A program made the translations under genes and the position numbers. This document shows, piece after piece, positions 40,767 to 49,313 of a DNA stretch of 63,381 nt. The first letter of the stretch is position 1, and the number at the start of each line of letters is the position of its first letter. The stretch comes from an uncultured Helicobacter sp. GTDB lineage: Bacteria; Campylobacterota; Campylobacteria; Campylobacterales; UBA6016. The notes beneath the pieces are model-generated. The model was not told the origin of the DNA, ran no database searches, and was given only the letters and a program-made list of their open reading frames with translations. Location of the stretch: positions 1 to 63,381 of the forward strand of contig CAZVTM010000007.1 in the NCBI GenBank assembly GCA_964630205.1. The letters are read 5' to 3'.

Positions 40767-41318
40767 TTGAAAAAATATGCAATATTCGGCGGCAGTTTTG
40801 ATCCTCCGCACATATGCCATGAAAAAATAGTAGAGCTTTGCTTGGGCGAATTAGGCGTGGATAAGATTTTTGTGATTCCAACTTTCTTAAGCCCGTTTAA
40901 ATCGTCATTTACTGCGCCACCAGATATCAGGTATGCCTGGCTTAAGAAAATTTTTGAGACTTTCGGCTCAAAGGTTGAGGTTTTGGACATCGAGATAAAA
41001 AAGCAAAGAAGCGTATATATGATTGAAACCGTCGAAGATATAGCGGCCAAAATCGGCAAGCAAAGCTATGATAAAATTTACCTTATTATCGGCTCCGATA
41101 ATTTAAAAGATTTTGATAAATGGCATAGGCATAAAGAGCTTATTGGCATTGCTGAGCCGGTTGTGATTAGTAGAGGCGGAGTATCGTCGGATAACTATAA
41201 GACGATAAAGATGGATTGTGATATATCCTCTACGGCTTTCAGGGACAAACCGAATGAGATGATGATTCCTCTAAGCGTTAGAAACGAAGTAGTAGATTTT
41301 TATAAAGGGAAATTTTAA
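40767..41318 (+). CDS. nadD: Nicotinate-nucleotide adenylyltransferase
   Basis: FGGSFDPPHICH, PTFLSPFK, IIGSDNL, ISST; upstream of rsfS. Confidence 0.92.
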   Translation: MKKYAIFGGSFDPPHICHEKIVELCLGELGVDKIFVIPTFLSPFKSSFTAPPDIRYAWLKKIFETFGSKVEVLDIEIKKQRSVYMIETVEDIAAKIGKQSYDKIYLIIGSDNLKDFDKWHRHKELIGIAEPVVISRGGVSSDNYKTIKMDCDISSTAFRDKPNEMMIPLSVRNEVVDFYKGKF

Positions 41319-41653
41319 TGGGCATTACCGAGCGATGTAAGAAAATAGCTGATTTACTAGATGATAAAAAAGCTGAAAATATAGAGATTTTTGACTTAAC
41401 CGATAGCGGTTATTTCGTAGATGCCGTAGTGGTTGCTACCTCTATAGCCTCAAAACATGCGATGATGCTTGTGGATGAGATGAAAAAAACGCTCAAAAAA
41501 GAGGGCGAGAATATCCTAAATGTTGACGATAGTGATGATTGGACTATTGTAGATATGGGTGATATTTTAGTTCATTTGATGAGTAGCGAGTATCGTATCA
41601 AATATACTTTAGAAGAGTTTTTAAAAGAGTTTGAAGCTAAAAAAAGAGGGTAG
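41318..41653 (+). CDS. rsfS: Ribosome silencing factor
   Basis: DKKAENIEIFD, WTIVDMGDILVHLM. Confidence 0.93.
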   Translation: MGITERCKKIADLLDDKKAENIEIFDLTDSGYFVDAVVVATSIASKHAMMLVDEMKKTLKKEGENILNVDDSDDWTIVDMGDILVHLMSSEYRIKYTLEEFLKEFEAKKRG

Positions 41654-41654
41654 A

Positions 41655-43265
41655 CTACTCCCCTCTTTGCATCTTCTCTTTAGCAGTAATGCCGAGTAGT
41701 TTTAGAGCCGTTCTTATGCTAAGAGCTACGACCGCAAAAATCTTTAAATACACATCTTCTCTCTCTGAGCCCAAAATTCTATTTTCGGTGTAGAATCTAT
41801 GCAGTTTGTTTGCAAGATTTTTGAGGTATTCTGTTACTTTTTGCGCATCCCTCGTTACAAAAGCATCTTCTAACACATCCCCTAAAAGCATTGCCGTAAA
41901 GAGCAGCTCTTTTTCATCATCGGTCAAATGCGGAAGCTTGATGCCGCTCGCATACTCAAAACCGACCCCTTTTTTCTCAAACAAAGAACATATACGAGCA
42001 TGTGCATAGTTGACGTAAAATACAGGATTTGTGCTATCTTCTTTATTCAAATCCGATACATCAAACTCTAGGTGTGTGTCAGATTTTTTGGATAAAAACA
42101 CAAATCTAAGCGCATCCGAGCCTATATCCTCAACCACATCTTTCATGAGGATGAAGTTGCCGGCTCTTTTGCTCATTTTGTACGGTTCACCGTCTTTTAG
42201 AAGGGCAACCATTTGAGATAGCAACACTTCTAGTTTTGAGGAGTCGTACCCCAAAAACTCTATTGCAGATTTGACCCTTGAGATATATCCATGGTGGTCT
42301 GCCCCCCAAATATTGATATATCTGTCAAATCCTCTTTCAAACTTATCTTTGTGGTATGTGATATCTCCGGCTAGATATGTAGGTTCTCCGTTTTCTCTGA
42401 CGACGACTCTATCTTTTTCGTCTTTATGTTCCGTTGTTTTAAGCCAGATTTTGCCTTCGTTTTCATAGAGAGCAGAGTGTTCGTCTAGTTTTGCTTTTGC
42501 TTTTTCCCAGTTCGCAAATACCTCTTTTTCGCTAACAAAGTTGTCAAATTCTATGCCGACCATTGATAGATTTTGGCGAATCTCTATCATCATTTTATCC
42601 TTGCCCCATACCGACAAGGTTTTGATGATTTCTTCGTTTGCAAAAGCCTCTCTACCGAACTCTTTTACTGCCTCTTCGGCAAGCTCGTAGATATATTCGC
42701 CTCTATAGAACTCTTCCGGATATTTGACACTCTCTTTTAGAATGTCCTCTTTTGCTCTGAGATATATAGAAACGCCTAGCAGATATACCTGTCTTCCTGC
42801 ATCGTTGATGTAGTATTCGCTTGTTATATCGTGCCCCAGGTATCTACCTATCTGAAGCAGTGCATCGCCGTATATAGCCCCTCTAGCGTGCCCTATGTGT
42901 AATGGTCCGGTAGGATTGGCGCTGACAAATTCGAGAAGTATCTTTTCTTTATCAATCTCTTTTGGTTTTGCAAAAGAGACGCCGCTTGTTAGTGCTTCTG
43001 TAGCAAATCTATCGAGAAATTCGGAAGAGAGTTTAAAGTTTATAAACCCACCAACAGCCTCTACGCTATCAAAATGCTCTGGATCGTGTAGAGTCTGCGC
43101 TAGTTCTGCCGCTATTTCGTTCGGTGATTTTTTTAGCTCTTTGGCTATCATAAAAGCTACCGGAGAGGCAAAATGCCCGAAGCTTATATCTTTTGGTTTT
43201 TGTAGCTCCGGGATTTTGTTGTGTGAAAGCCTTGAGGATATGTGATGTTTGACGCTTTTCTTCAT
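41655..43265 (-). CDS. argS: Arginyl-tRNA synthetase
   Basis: EFVSANPTGPLHIGHARG, WGADHHGY, KMSKRAG, YVNYAHARI. Confidence 0.97.
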   Translation of the reverse strand: MKKSVKHHISSRLSHNKIPELQKPKDISFGHFASPVAFMIAKELKKSPNEIAAELAQTLHDPEHFDSVEAVGGFINFKLSSEFLDRFATEALTSGVSFAKPKEIDKEKILLEFVSANPTGPLHIGHARGAIYGDALLQIGRYLGHDITSEYYINDAGRQVYLLGVSIYLRAKEDILKESVKYPEEFYRGEYIYELAEEAVKEFGREAFANEEIIKTLSVWGKDKMMIEIRQNLSMVGIEFDNFVSEKEVFANWEKAKAKLDEHSALYENEGKIWLKTTEHKDEKDRVVVRENGEPTYLAGDITYHKDKFERGFDRYINIWGADHHGYISRVKSAIEFLGYDSSKLEVLLSQMVALLKDGEPYKMSKRAGNFILMKDVVEDIGSDALRFVFLSKKSDTHLEFDVSDLNKEDSTNPVFYVNYAHARICSLFEKKGVGFEYASGIKLPHLTDDEKELLFTAMLLGDVLEDAFVTRDAQKVTEYLKNLANKLHRFYTENRILGSEREDVYLKIFAVVALSIRTALKLLGITAKEKMQRGE

Positions 43266-43274
43266 TGAATGCTA

Positions 43275-43526
43275 TTAAGCTTTATTAGCGTCTGTGTTTG
43301 TCGGTTTTTGCTCCGAAGCTTGCGCCGTAGTGATTGTAGCAGTCGTTTCTACAGGCTTGTTTTCAGCTGTCTTTGCAGCTTCGTTTTCGTCTTCCTTGAT
43401 CGCATTTTTGAAGTTTTTTATACCGCTTCCAAGACCTTTGGCAAGCTCAGGTATTCTTTTTGCTCCAAACAAGAGAAGGACTATAAGTAGTACTACTACC
43501 CAGTGCCAAATGCTAAATGAACCCAT
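43275..43526 (-). CDS. tatA: Twin-arginine translocase subunit TatA/E
   Basis: MGSFSIWHWVVVLLIVLLLFGAKRIPELAKGLGSGIKNFK. Confidence 0.95.
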   Translation of the reverse strand: MGSFSIWHWVVVLLIVLLLFGAKRIPELAKGLGSGIKNFKNAIKEDENEAAKTAENKPVETTATITTAQASEQKPTNTDANKA

Positions 43527-43553
43527 ATGAAGACCCCTATGTTAAATTGCTAA

Positions 43554-43559
43554 ATTATA
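43554..43559 (-). promoter_or_regulatory. -10 element upstream of tatA-argS
   Basis: Minus strand TTTTTGTATAATTTAGC. Confidence 0.5.
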
Positions 43560-43571
43560 CAAAAAGTTGTT

Positions 43572-44180
43572 TTATATCTTCCAGTGTTTTATGAAAGACT
43601 CGTTATCCGTTAAGCTTTGTTTGAATTTTGAAGCTATAGCTATCGCCGTTAACGCCTTAAGCGACTCGTTAAAATCATCATTTACAAAAAAATAGTCATA
43701 TTCGCTTATTTGTCTCATTTCGCTAATAGCGTTTATAACTCTTTGTTCCAATATCTCGGATGTTTCGGTGCCTCTTGACGCTAAACGCTCTTTTAGTACG
43801 CCCATATTTTTTGTTGTAATAAAAACTGACGTAACAAGCTTCGGAAACTTCTCTCTTATCGCCTTGTGCCCTTGTACGTCTATATCTAGTACTACTATCT
43901 TGCCTTCGTTCAGCGCAGCTTCTATGGGCTTAAAAGCGGTTCCATAGAAGTTTCCGTGAACTTCCGCCCACTCTAAAAATCCACCTTCGTCTATCTCTGA
44001 GAGAAATTCATCTTTGCCGATAAAGTGATAGTCGATTCCGTTTTCTTCATTTTCACGCTGTTTTCTTGTTGTAGTAGATATTGAAAAATAGCTATCGGGT
44101 ACAATATTCAAGAGTTTTTTTGCGAGGCTTGTTTTGCCGGAGCCGCTAGGCCCCGATACTACGAGAATGGATCCGCTCAT
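43572..44180 (-). CDS. gmk: Guanylate kinase
   Basis: SGPSGSGKT, SISTTTR, EWAEVHGNFYGT, DIDVQG. Confidence 0.97.
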   Translation of the reverse strand: MSGSILVVSGPSGSGKTSLAKKLLNIVPDSYFSISTTTRKQRENEENGIDYHFIGKDEFLSEIDEGGFLEWAEVHGNFYGTAFKPIEAALNEGKIVVLDIDVQGHKAIREKFPKLVTSVFITTKNMGVLKERLASRGTETSEILEQRVINAISEMRQISEYDYFFVNDDFNESLKALTAIAIASKFKQSLTDNESFIKHWKI

Positions 44181-45454
44181 TGTTTTTTGCTAAGCGTTAT
44201 ATTGATTGTTACGTCTGCCATATTCAGAAGTTCTTTCAACGCATCAAGAGAAATTGTAATGCTTTGGTTTGGATTGAGCTGTATCGCATTGGCTGGAATA
44301 TTTGTAGATGCTGATGTCGAAAGGCTAGGAGTCGAAGGTTCAGCATCTGGGAGTACGTCAGGTAATGTATCGGCCACCATGCCGTCTACATTTAAATCAT
44401 CTCCCATATCGTCAATGGCTGCAGTAGGCTGGGTATCTATGTTTACTCCAAGCGCTTCCGCCAAAGATTCTTCGGTTAAGGAGCCTAGTTCGTCGTTTTG
44501 TATTTTTACATTGTCTAGGTCGAAATCTTCGTTTTCCAATTTATCCTCTTCCGTTTCATCAAGTAAGTTTTTTAGTTTGTTTACTTCGTCTTCGTCAAAT
44601 ATTTGAGGCTCACTCTCCGTTGGTTGTTCCTCGTCAAAACCTTCTAAGCCGTCAAGTTCAAGGTCTTCGCCAAACTCATCGGCAGATTCAACAACCTCCT
44701 CCTCTTCCGATTTTGAGTCATCGGCCGGAACATCAAGCTCCAAGGAGTCCATCTCTCCAAGTTCGAGGTCGTCCGTATCTGAGTCGAAGTCTATTTCATT
44801 TACCTCGTCCGCTATTGCGTCAATCTGCTCATCTAGATTTATCTGTAGCTCATCCTCCGGTTCTTGAACTGTTGGTTCCGGCTCTTCAATATTGAGCTCC
44901 GTATCGTTGTCAAGGCTGAGTTCCAAGTCGCCAAAATCTTCCGATTTTTTCTCTGAAGCGATATTGTCATCCAATGGATTGTCATCGTCAAGAGATAGTT
45001 CGTCAAAGCCTCCCAAATCCTCCATTGTTTCATCTTTGTCATCTTCTGCGGCGCTTCCAAATACCGCATCTTCGTCAAGCTCTCCAAGTTTGTCCCCAAA
45101 GCCGCTGTTTTCAAAAACAGAGCTGTCGTCTTGAGTTGCGCCGGAAGATAAAGATCCAAGTATGTCGACGAGCTCTGTAGGTAGAAACGGTTTTTCTATA
45201 TATACATCAAAGCCCGCCGGTCTTTCAACGCCTTTCGTGATAATTAGGAGATACTTTGCGTTTGCAAATTTTTCCTTTAACGCCCCAAATTCATCGTCGT
45301 TATAAAGGTCGCTGTCTATGATTATAAAATCATATATTCCGTTTTCAACTTCAAGAATATCTTTTGCGCTTACTAGTTCGTAGCCGAGTTTCCCCGAGCT
45401 AAGCTTTACTAGTCTCTCTATCGTTGCATTTTGATTTATTAGGAGTACTTGCAT
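44177..45454 (-). CDS. chePep: ChePep-like chemotaxis scaffold (receiver-like N-terminus plus highly acidic region)
   Basis: N-terminal receiver-like fold (VLLINQN...IIIDSD...YIEKPFLPTEL) followed by a D/E-rich low-complexity tract; lies between fliR and gmk like C. jejuni Cj1178c, and next to gmk like H. pylori HP0322. Confidence 0.75.
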   Translation of the reverse strand: MQVLLINQNATIERLVKLSSGKLGYELVSAKDILEVENGIYDFIIIDSDLYNDDEFGALKEKFANAKYLLIITKGVERPAGFDVYIEKPFLPTELVDILGSLSSGATQDDSSVFENSGFGDKLGELDEDAVFGSAAEDDKDETMEDLGGFDELSLDDDNPLDDNIASEKKSEDFGDLELSLDNDTELNIEEPEPTVQEPEDELQINLDEQIDAIADEVNEIDFDSDTDDLELGEMDSLELDVPADDSKSEEEEVVESADEFGEDLELDGLEGFDEEQPTESEPQIFDEDEVNKLKNLLDETEEDKLENEDFDLDNVKIQNDELGSLTEESLAEALGVNIDTQPTAAIDDMGDDLNVDGMVADTLPDVLPDAEPSTPSLSTSASTNIPANAIQLNPNQSITISLDALKELLNMADVTINITLSKKQ

Positions 45455-45519
45455 ATTTTTTGACCTTGGCTTTATTAAATGGTTATTAATTTTATATTTT
45501 TAAACATTTATTTTTGCTT

Positions 45520-46287
45520 TTATAATAGAAGCAGCATATGGTTTATTATTTCGAGGAATCTAGCTTTAAAAATAAGCGCTATAGAGCCTAGAATTGCCAT
45601 TAGAACCGCTATCCCTAAAATTACTTTTATCGGCATACCTACAACTAGCAAGTTAAAAGACGGCATTGTTTTCATAATCATTCCAAATATTATATCAGAT
45701 AACAATGATAGAGCCATTAAAGGAAAGGCTATTGTAAAACCTATCAAAAATATATTTTTTACAGTTAATATCGCATATTCGAAATAGGCTTTTGTAATTA
45801 CGAATTGTCCGATAGGGACCTCTTGTAAAGAGTGCTCTATGTATTGGATTATCAGATGATGTCCGTCTGCGGCAAGCAGTATCATGAGCGTAAAAAAACT
45901 CAGTATTGTGCTTATCACCTGCGAGCTTTGCTGTGTTTGGGGGTCGTATGCGCTTGCCATTGATAACCCCATAACCATGCTTATTTGCTCACCCGCAAAC
46001 CCAACGGCGCCAAAAAGCGTGGATACAAAAAAGCCGGCGATAAACCCAAAAGCCCCTTCCATTATTATGGCTCCTATGAGTGTTCCGGCGTCAAGCTCTA
46101 TAGCAACGGCAGGTGTAACTGAGTAAAAGATAACTGTAAAGTATAGCGCCAGAGCGCCTTTGATAGACATTGGCACTGCCGTATGCGCAAAAAAAGGCAT
46201 AAACGCAAAAAGTGCAGAAAATCTGACAAAAAGCAGCATAAAAGTTATGACCGACTCTTGCGCTAAAAATGGGAGTAGCTGGCTCAT
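45520..46287 (-). CDS. fliR: Flagellar export protein FliR
   Basis: FAGEQISMVMGLSMASAYDP, DGHHLII, KTMPSFNLLVVGMPIK. Confidence 0.95.
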   Translation of the reverse strand: MSQLLPFLAQESVITFMLLFVRFSALFAFMPFFAHTAVPMSIKGALALYFTVIFYSVTPAVAIELDAGTLIGAIIMEGAFGFIAGFFVSTLFGAVGFAGEQISMVMGLSMASAYDPQTQQSSQVISTILSFFTLMILLAADGHHLIIQYIEHSLQEVPIGQFVITKAYFEYAILTVKNIFLIGFTIAFPLMALSLLSDIIFGMIMKTMPSFNLLVVGMPIKVILGIAVLMAILGSIALIFKARFLEIINHMLLLL

Positions 46288-46922
46288 TTTAGTTTATTTA
46301 GGATTTTGTGCTCTAGTCTGTATACCGCATCACATGAAAAAGCTAGTTTTTCATCGTGCGTAACACACATCATTGCAGCTTTGTTTTGCTTTATATAATC
46401 AAATATCGTCTGCATCACTTCGGCGGCGCTATCCTTATCAAGATTTCCTGTCGGCTCATCTGCAAATATCAGTTTTGGCTTTTTCGTAAGCACTCTAACT
46501 ATGGATATTCTTTGCTGCTGTCCCCCTGAGAGAGTCGATATCGGCTGGGATAGTACGTGTGAGACGCCGAATTTGCGGCCAAGTTCCTCATCTATCGGCT
46601 CCCCGGTTAATATTGAGGCTACCTCTAAATTCTCTTTTGCGCTAAAACCTCTAAAAAGGTAGTGTGACTGAAATATTATCCCTATATCGTTCTTTCGTAA
46701 ATCCACAAGTTGTTTGAGTGAGAGTGAGTATATATCTTTATCGTTATATAGCACTTGACCTTTTTGCGGTTTTAAAAAAGAGGATAGTATGTGCAGTAAT
46801 GTAGATTTCCCGCTACCGCTGACACCCAATATGGCAGTTGAGGTACCCTGATTTAAGTCGATATTTATATTGTCGAATAAGTCATAATCAAAAGAGTGAG
46901 AGAGATTTTTGGCACTGAGCAT
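46284..46922 (-). CDS. ABC transporter ATP-binding protein (LolD-like)
   Basis: Walker A GVSGSGKST, LSGGQQQR, FADEPTGNLD, H-loop VTHD. Confidence 0.92.
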   Translation of the reverse strand: MLSAKNLSHSFDYDLFDNINIDLNQGTSTAILGVSGSGKSTLLHILSSFLKPQKGQVLYNDKDIYSLSLKQLVDLRKNDIGIIFQSHYLFRGFSAKENLEVASILTGEPIDEELGRKFGVSHVLSQPISTLSGGQQQRISIVRVLTKKPKLIFADEPTGNLDKDSAAEVMQTIFDYIKQNKAAMMCVTHDEKLAFSCDAVYRLEHKILNKLK

Positions 46923-46942
46923 CTAGAGCCTTTTTATGAAAG

Positions 46943-46965
46943 TTTCCCCGCATGCAGCGGGGAAA
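46943..46965 (-). terminator. Strong hairpin after tsf (probable terminator)
   Basis: TTTCCCCGC-ATGCA-GCGGGGAAA, a perfect 9-bp stem 14 nt past the tsf stop. Confidence 0.65.
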
Positions 46966-46979
46966 TTATAGGGGAAAAA

Positions 46980-47903
46980 TTATTTAGCTAGTTGAGCCGC
47001 AACTTCGCTTGCAAAGTCGCAAGCTTTTTTCTCAAGACCTTCGCCGACTTCGAATCTAACGTAAGCAGTTAGTGTAGCAGTACCGCCTACAGCTTTTGCT
47101 GCAGCTTCAAGGGCTTCTTTAACTGTTTTTTTGTCATCTTTTACGAACGGTTGGTCTACAAGGCAGTTGTCTTTTTTGAATCTTGCTAGTTTACCAGGTA
47201 GGATTTTGTCCCACATAGCCTCAGGTTTACCCTCTTTTTCTAGCTGAGCTTTTGCAACTTCCGTTTCTCTCTCTAGGTCTTCGGCAGGGATTTGTGTTTC
47301 ATCCATGTAGTTTGGATTCATAGCAGCTGCATGCATTGCGATGTCTTTTAGCGTGCTAGTTATTGCTTCGGCAGTTTTTGCGCTATCGCACTCTGCGCCC
47401 ACAAGAACGCCGATTTTACCATTGGCATGCTTGTATGCACTGACCACACCGTTTTCGCCAACGGAAACTTCAGCAAATCTTCTAACAACGATGTTTTCAC
47501 CGATTTTGCCTATAGTGATGCTTAGGTGGTCGGAGAAAGTTGTGCCGTTGATGCTAGACGCCAAAAGGTCGTCAACATTTTTGATGCCGTTAGCGTGAAT
47601 ATGAGAAGTCGTGCTTGAGCAGAACTCTATAAAGTTTTCGTTTTGACCGACAAAGTCAGTTTCGCAGTTTACTTCAGAGATTGTCGCTTTTTTAGCATCG
47701 CTTGCTAATTCGATAGTTATAGTACCTTCAGTAGCAACTCTACCGCTTTTTTTAGCGGCGGCAGAGAGACCTTTTTTTCTTAGCCAATCTATCGCCGCAT
47801 CCATATCGCCGTCATTTTCGGTAAGCGCTTTTTTGCAATCAAGCATACCGGCCGCAGTTCTTTCTCTAAGTTCTTTGATTAGTTCGCTTGTAATAGCAGC
47901 CAT
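46980..47903 (-). CDS. tsf: Elongation factor Ts
   Basis: IKELRERTAAGMLDCKKAL, EVNCETDFV, RFEVGEGLEKK. Confidence 0.98.
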   Translation of the reverse strand: MAAITSELIKELRERTAAGMLDCKKALTENDGDMDAAIDWLRKKGLSAAAKKSGRVATEGTITIELASDAKKATISEVNCETDFVGQNENFIEFCSSTTSHIHANGIKNVDDLLASSINGTTFSDHLSITIGKIGENIVVRRFAEVSVGENGVVSAYKHANGKIGVLVGAECDSAKTAEAITSTLKDIAMHAAAMNPNYMDETQIPAEDLERETEVAKAQLEKEGKPEAMWDKILPGKLARFKKDNCLVDQPFVKDDKKTVKEALEAAAKAVGGTATLTAYVRFEVGEGLEKKACDFASEVAAQLAK

Positions 47904-48682
47904 TATTCAGCTCCTTCTTCCGCTTTTGCTTCTTCTTTAACTTCCGCAACCACTTCCGCAACCTCAGCTTCAGTCACTTCTTCAACAGCTTCTTCCGCTT
48001 TTTCGTTTGAGCTTCTACCTTCGATAATAGCGTCTGCCATCTCTTTGCAGAATAGTTCAATCGCTCTAATAGCGTCATCGTTTCCTGGGATTGGGTAAGT
48101 GATTAGGTCTGGATCGCAGTTTGTATCAAGCGGTGCAACAACTGGGATGTGTAGTCTGTTTGCTTCTTGAACGGCGATTTTTTCTTTTTGTGCGTCTAGA
48201 ACAAATATCATATCAGGCGCAGATTTCATGTGTCTGATACCGCCGATATAGTTTTCTAGTTTCTCTTTTTTTCTGTTTAGGATAAGAGCTTCTTTTTTTG
48301 TAAGAAGGTTGATTTGACCTGATTTGATCATATCTTCGATAATTTCTAGTTTTCTAATTGATTGTCTAACAGTTTTAAAGTTTGTTAGCATACCGCCTAG
48401 CCATCTGTAATTTACATACGGGCAGTTCGCTCTTGTAGCGTGCTCTTTTATCATTTGGCTAGCTTGTTTTTTCGTACCGACAAAAAGGATTGTTTTTCCC
48501 TCGGCAGCAGCGTCTCTAACTACGTTGTACGTATATTTAAAATATCTTAGCGTCTTTTGTAGGTCGATAATATGGATGTTTTTTCTAACACCGAATATGA
48601 ATTTTTTCATTTTCGGATTCCATCTTCTTGTTTGGTGACCGAAGTGTACGCCGCACTCCAACAAATCTTTCATTGTAACCAT
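47903..48682 (-). CDS. rpsB: 30S ribosomal protein S2
   Basis: [45 protein letters not shown]. True start ATG 48682 with SD AAGGAG; the ORF track extends into the leader. Confidence 0.98.
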   Translation of the reverse strand: MVTMKDLLECGVHFGHQTRRWNPKMKKFIFGVRKNIHIIDLQKTLRYFKYTYNVVRDAAAEGKTILFVGTKKQASQMIKEHATRANCPYVNYRWLGGMLTNFKTVRQSIRKLEIIEDMIKSGQINLLTKKEALILNRKKEKLENYIGGIRHMKSAPDMIFVLDAQKEKIAVQEANRLHIPVVAPLDTNCDPDLITYPIPGNDDAIRAIELFCKEMADAIIEGRSSNEKAEEAVEEVTEAEVAEVVAEVKEEAKAEEGAE

Positions 48683-48714
48683 GTGGTGAATGCTCCTTGC
48701 ATAAAAATAAAATG

Positions 48715-48790
48715 TTGGTTTTTCCTCCGCAAGCATCAACGAGACTCTGCCTCGCAACCTTTTCAAGGATTCTTGCGTGTGGGTTATGGA
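48715..48790 (-). ncRNA. rpsB 5' leader RNA (t44 / S2 autogenous control element)
   Basis: Minus strand: CCCACA-CGCAAG...CTTGCG-GAGG closing stem with two internal hairpins (CCTT/AAGG, CGAG/CTCG). This is the ACAC...stem...GGAGG architecture of rpsB leaders; TATAAT at 48817-48822. Confidence 0.7.
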
Positions 48791-48839
48791 TAGCCCTCTC
48801 GTAAAACGAGGGCTAAATTATATCTTTTTGTTGCTGAAG

Positions 48840-49304
48840 TTATTTCTGTAGTTTTTTGATTTGCTCTTTTACTTTTTCGGCGTGCCCTTTGGCTTTTACG
48901 TTATCCCAATAAAACGCCACCTCGCCTTTGGGGTTTATAAGAACGGTCGAGCGGACTATCCCCATATATTTTTTGCCGCACATATTTTTCTCTCTCCATG
49001 CGCCGTAAGCCTCTATCATTTTATGCTCAGTATCGGATAATAGAGTTATGGTAAGTGAATGTTTGTCGGCAAATTTTTTGTGTTTTTCGACAGTATCGGC
49101 GCTTACACCTAACACTACCGCATTCATATCTATAAAATTTGGAAATTCGGCGGTAAATTCGCACGCCTCAGTCGTGCACCCAGGGGTATCGTCTTTCGGG
49201 TAAAAATATATAACTACCCATTTATTTTTAAAATCTCTGCTACATACTTCTACGCCGTCTTGGTTTTTGAGACAAAATTCCGGAGCTTTTGTACCTATCT
49301 GCAT
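48840..49304 (-). CDS. bcp: Thioredoxin-dependent thiol peroxidase Bcp
   Basis: YFYPKDDTPGCTTEAC, GIVRST. Confidence 0.95.
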   Translation of the reverse strand: MQIGTKAPEFCLKNQDGVEVCSRDFKNKWVVIYFYPKDDTPGCTTEACEFTAEFPNFIDMNAVVLGVSADTVEKHKKFADKHSLTITLLSDTEHKMIEAYGAWREKNMCGKKYMGIVRSTVLINPKGEVAFYWDNVKAKGHAEKVKEQIKKLQK

Positions 49305-49313
49305 CTCTTTTCC

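Noticed and set aside
43520-43547. CTATGTTAAAT resembles the XerD arm of dif (TTATGTTAAAT)
   Set aside because: The partner arm does not match, and the site overlaps the tatA start and promoter region; likely chance in AT-rich DNA.
45479-45787. 102-aa + strand ORF starting in the fliR-chePep gap
   Set aside because: Ile-rich mirror of the fliR transmembrane codons; almost entirely antisense.
47903-48766. N-terminally extended RpsB (and extended NusA 13439, TilS 7293, PilO 8862) as given by the ORF track
   Set aside because: The extensions run through leader or promoter sequence; downstream starts have SDs or stop-codon coupling and match the known N-termini.
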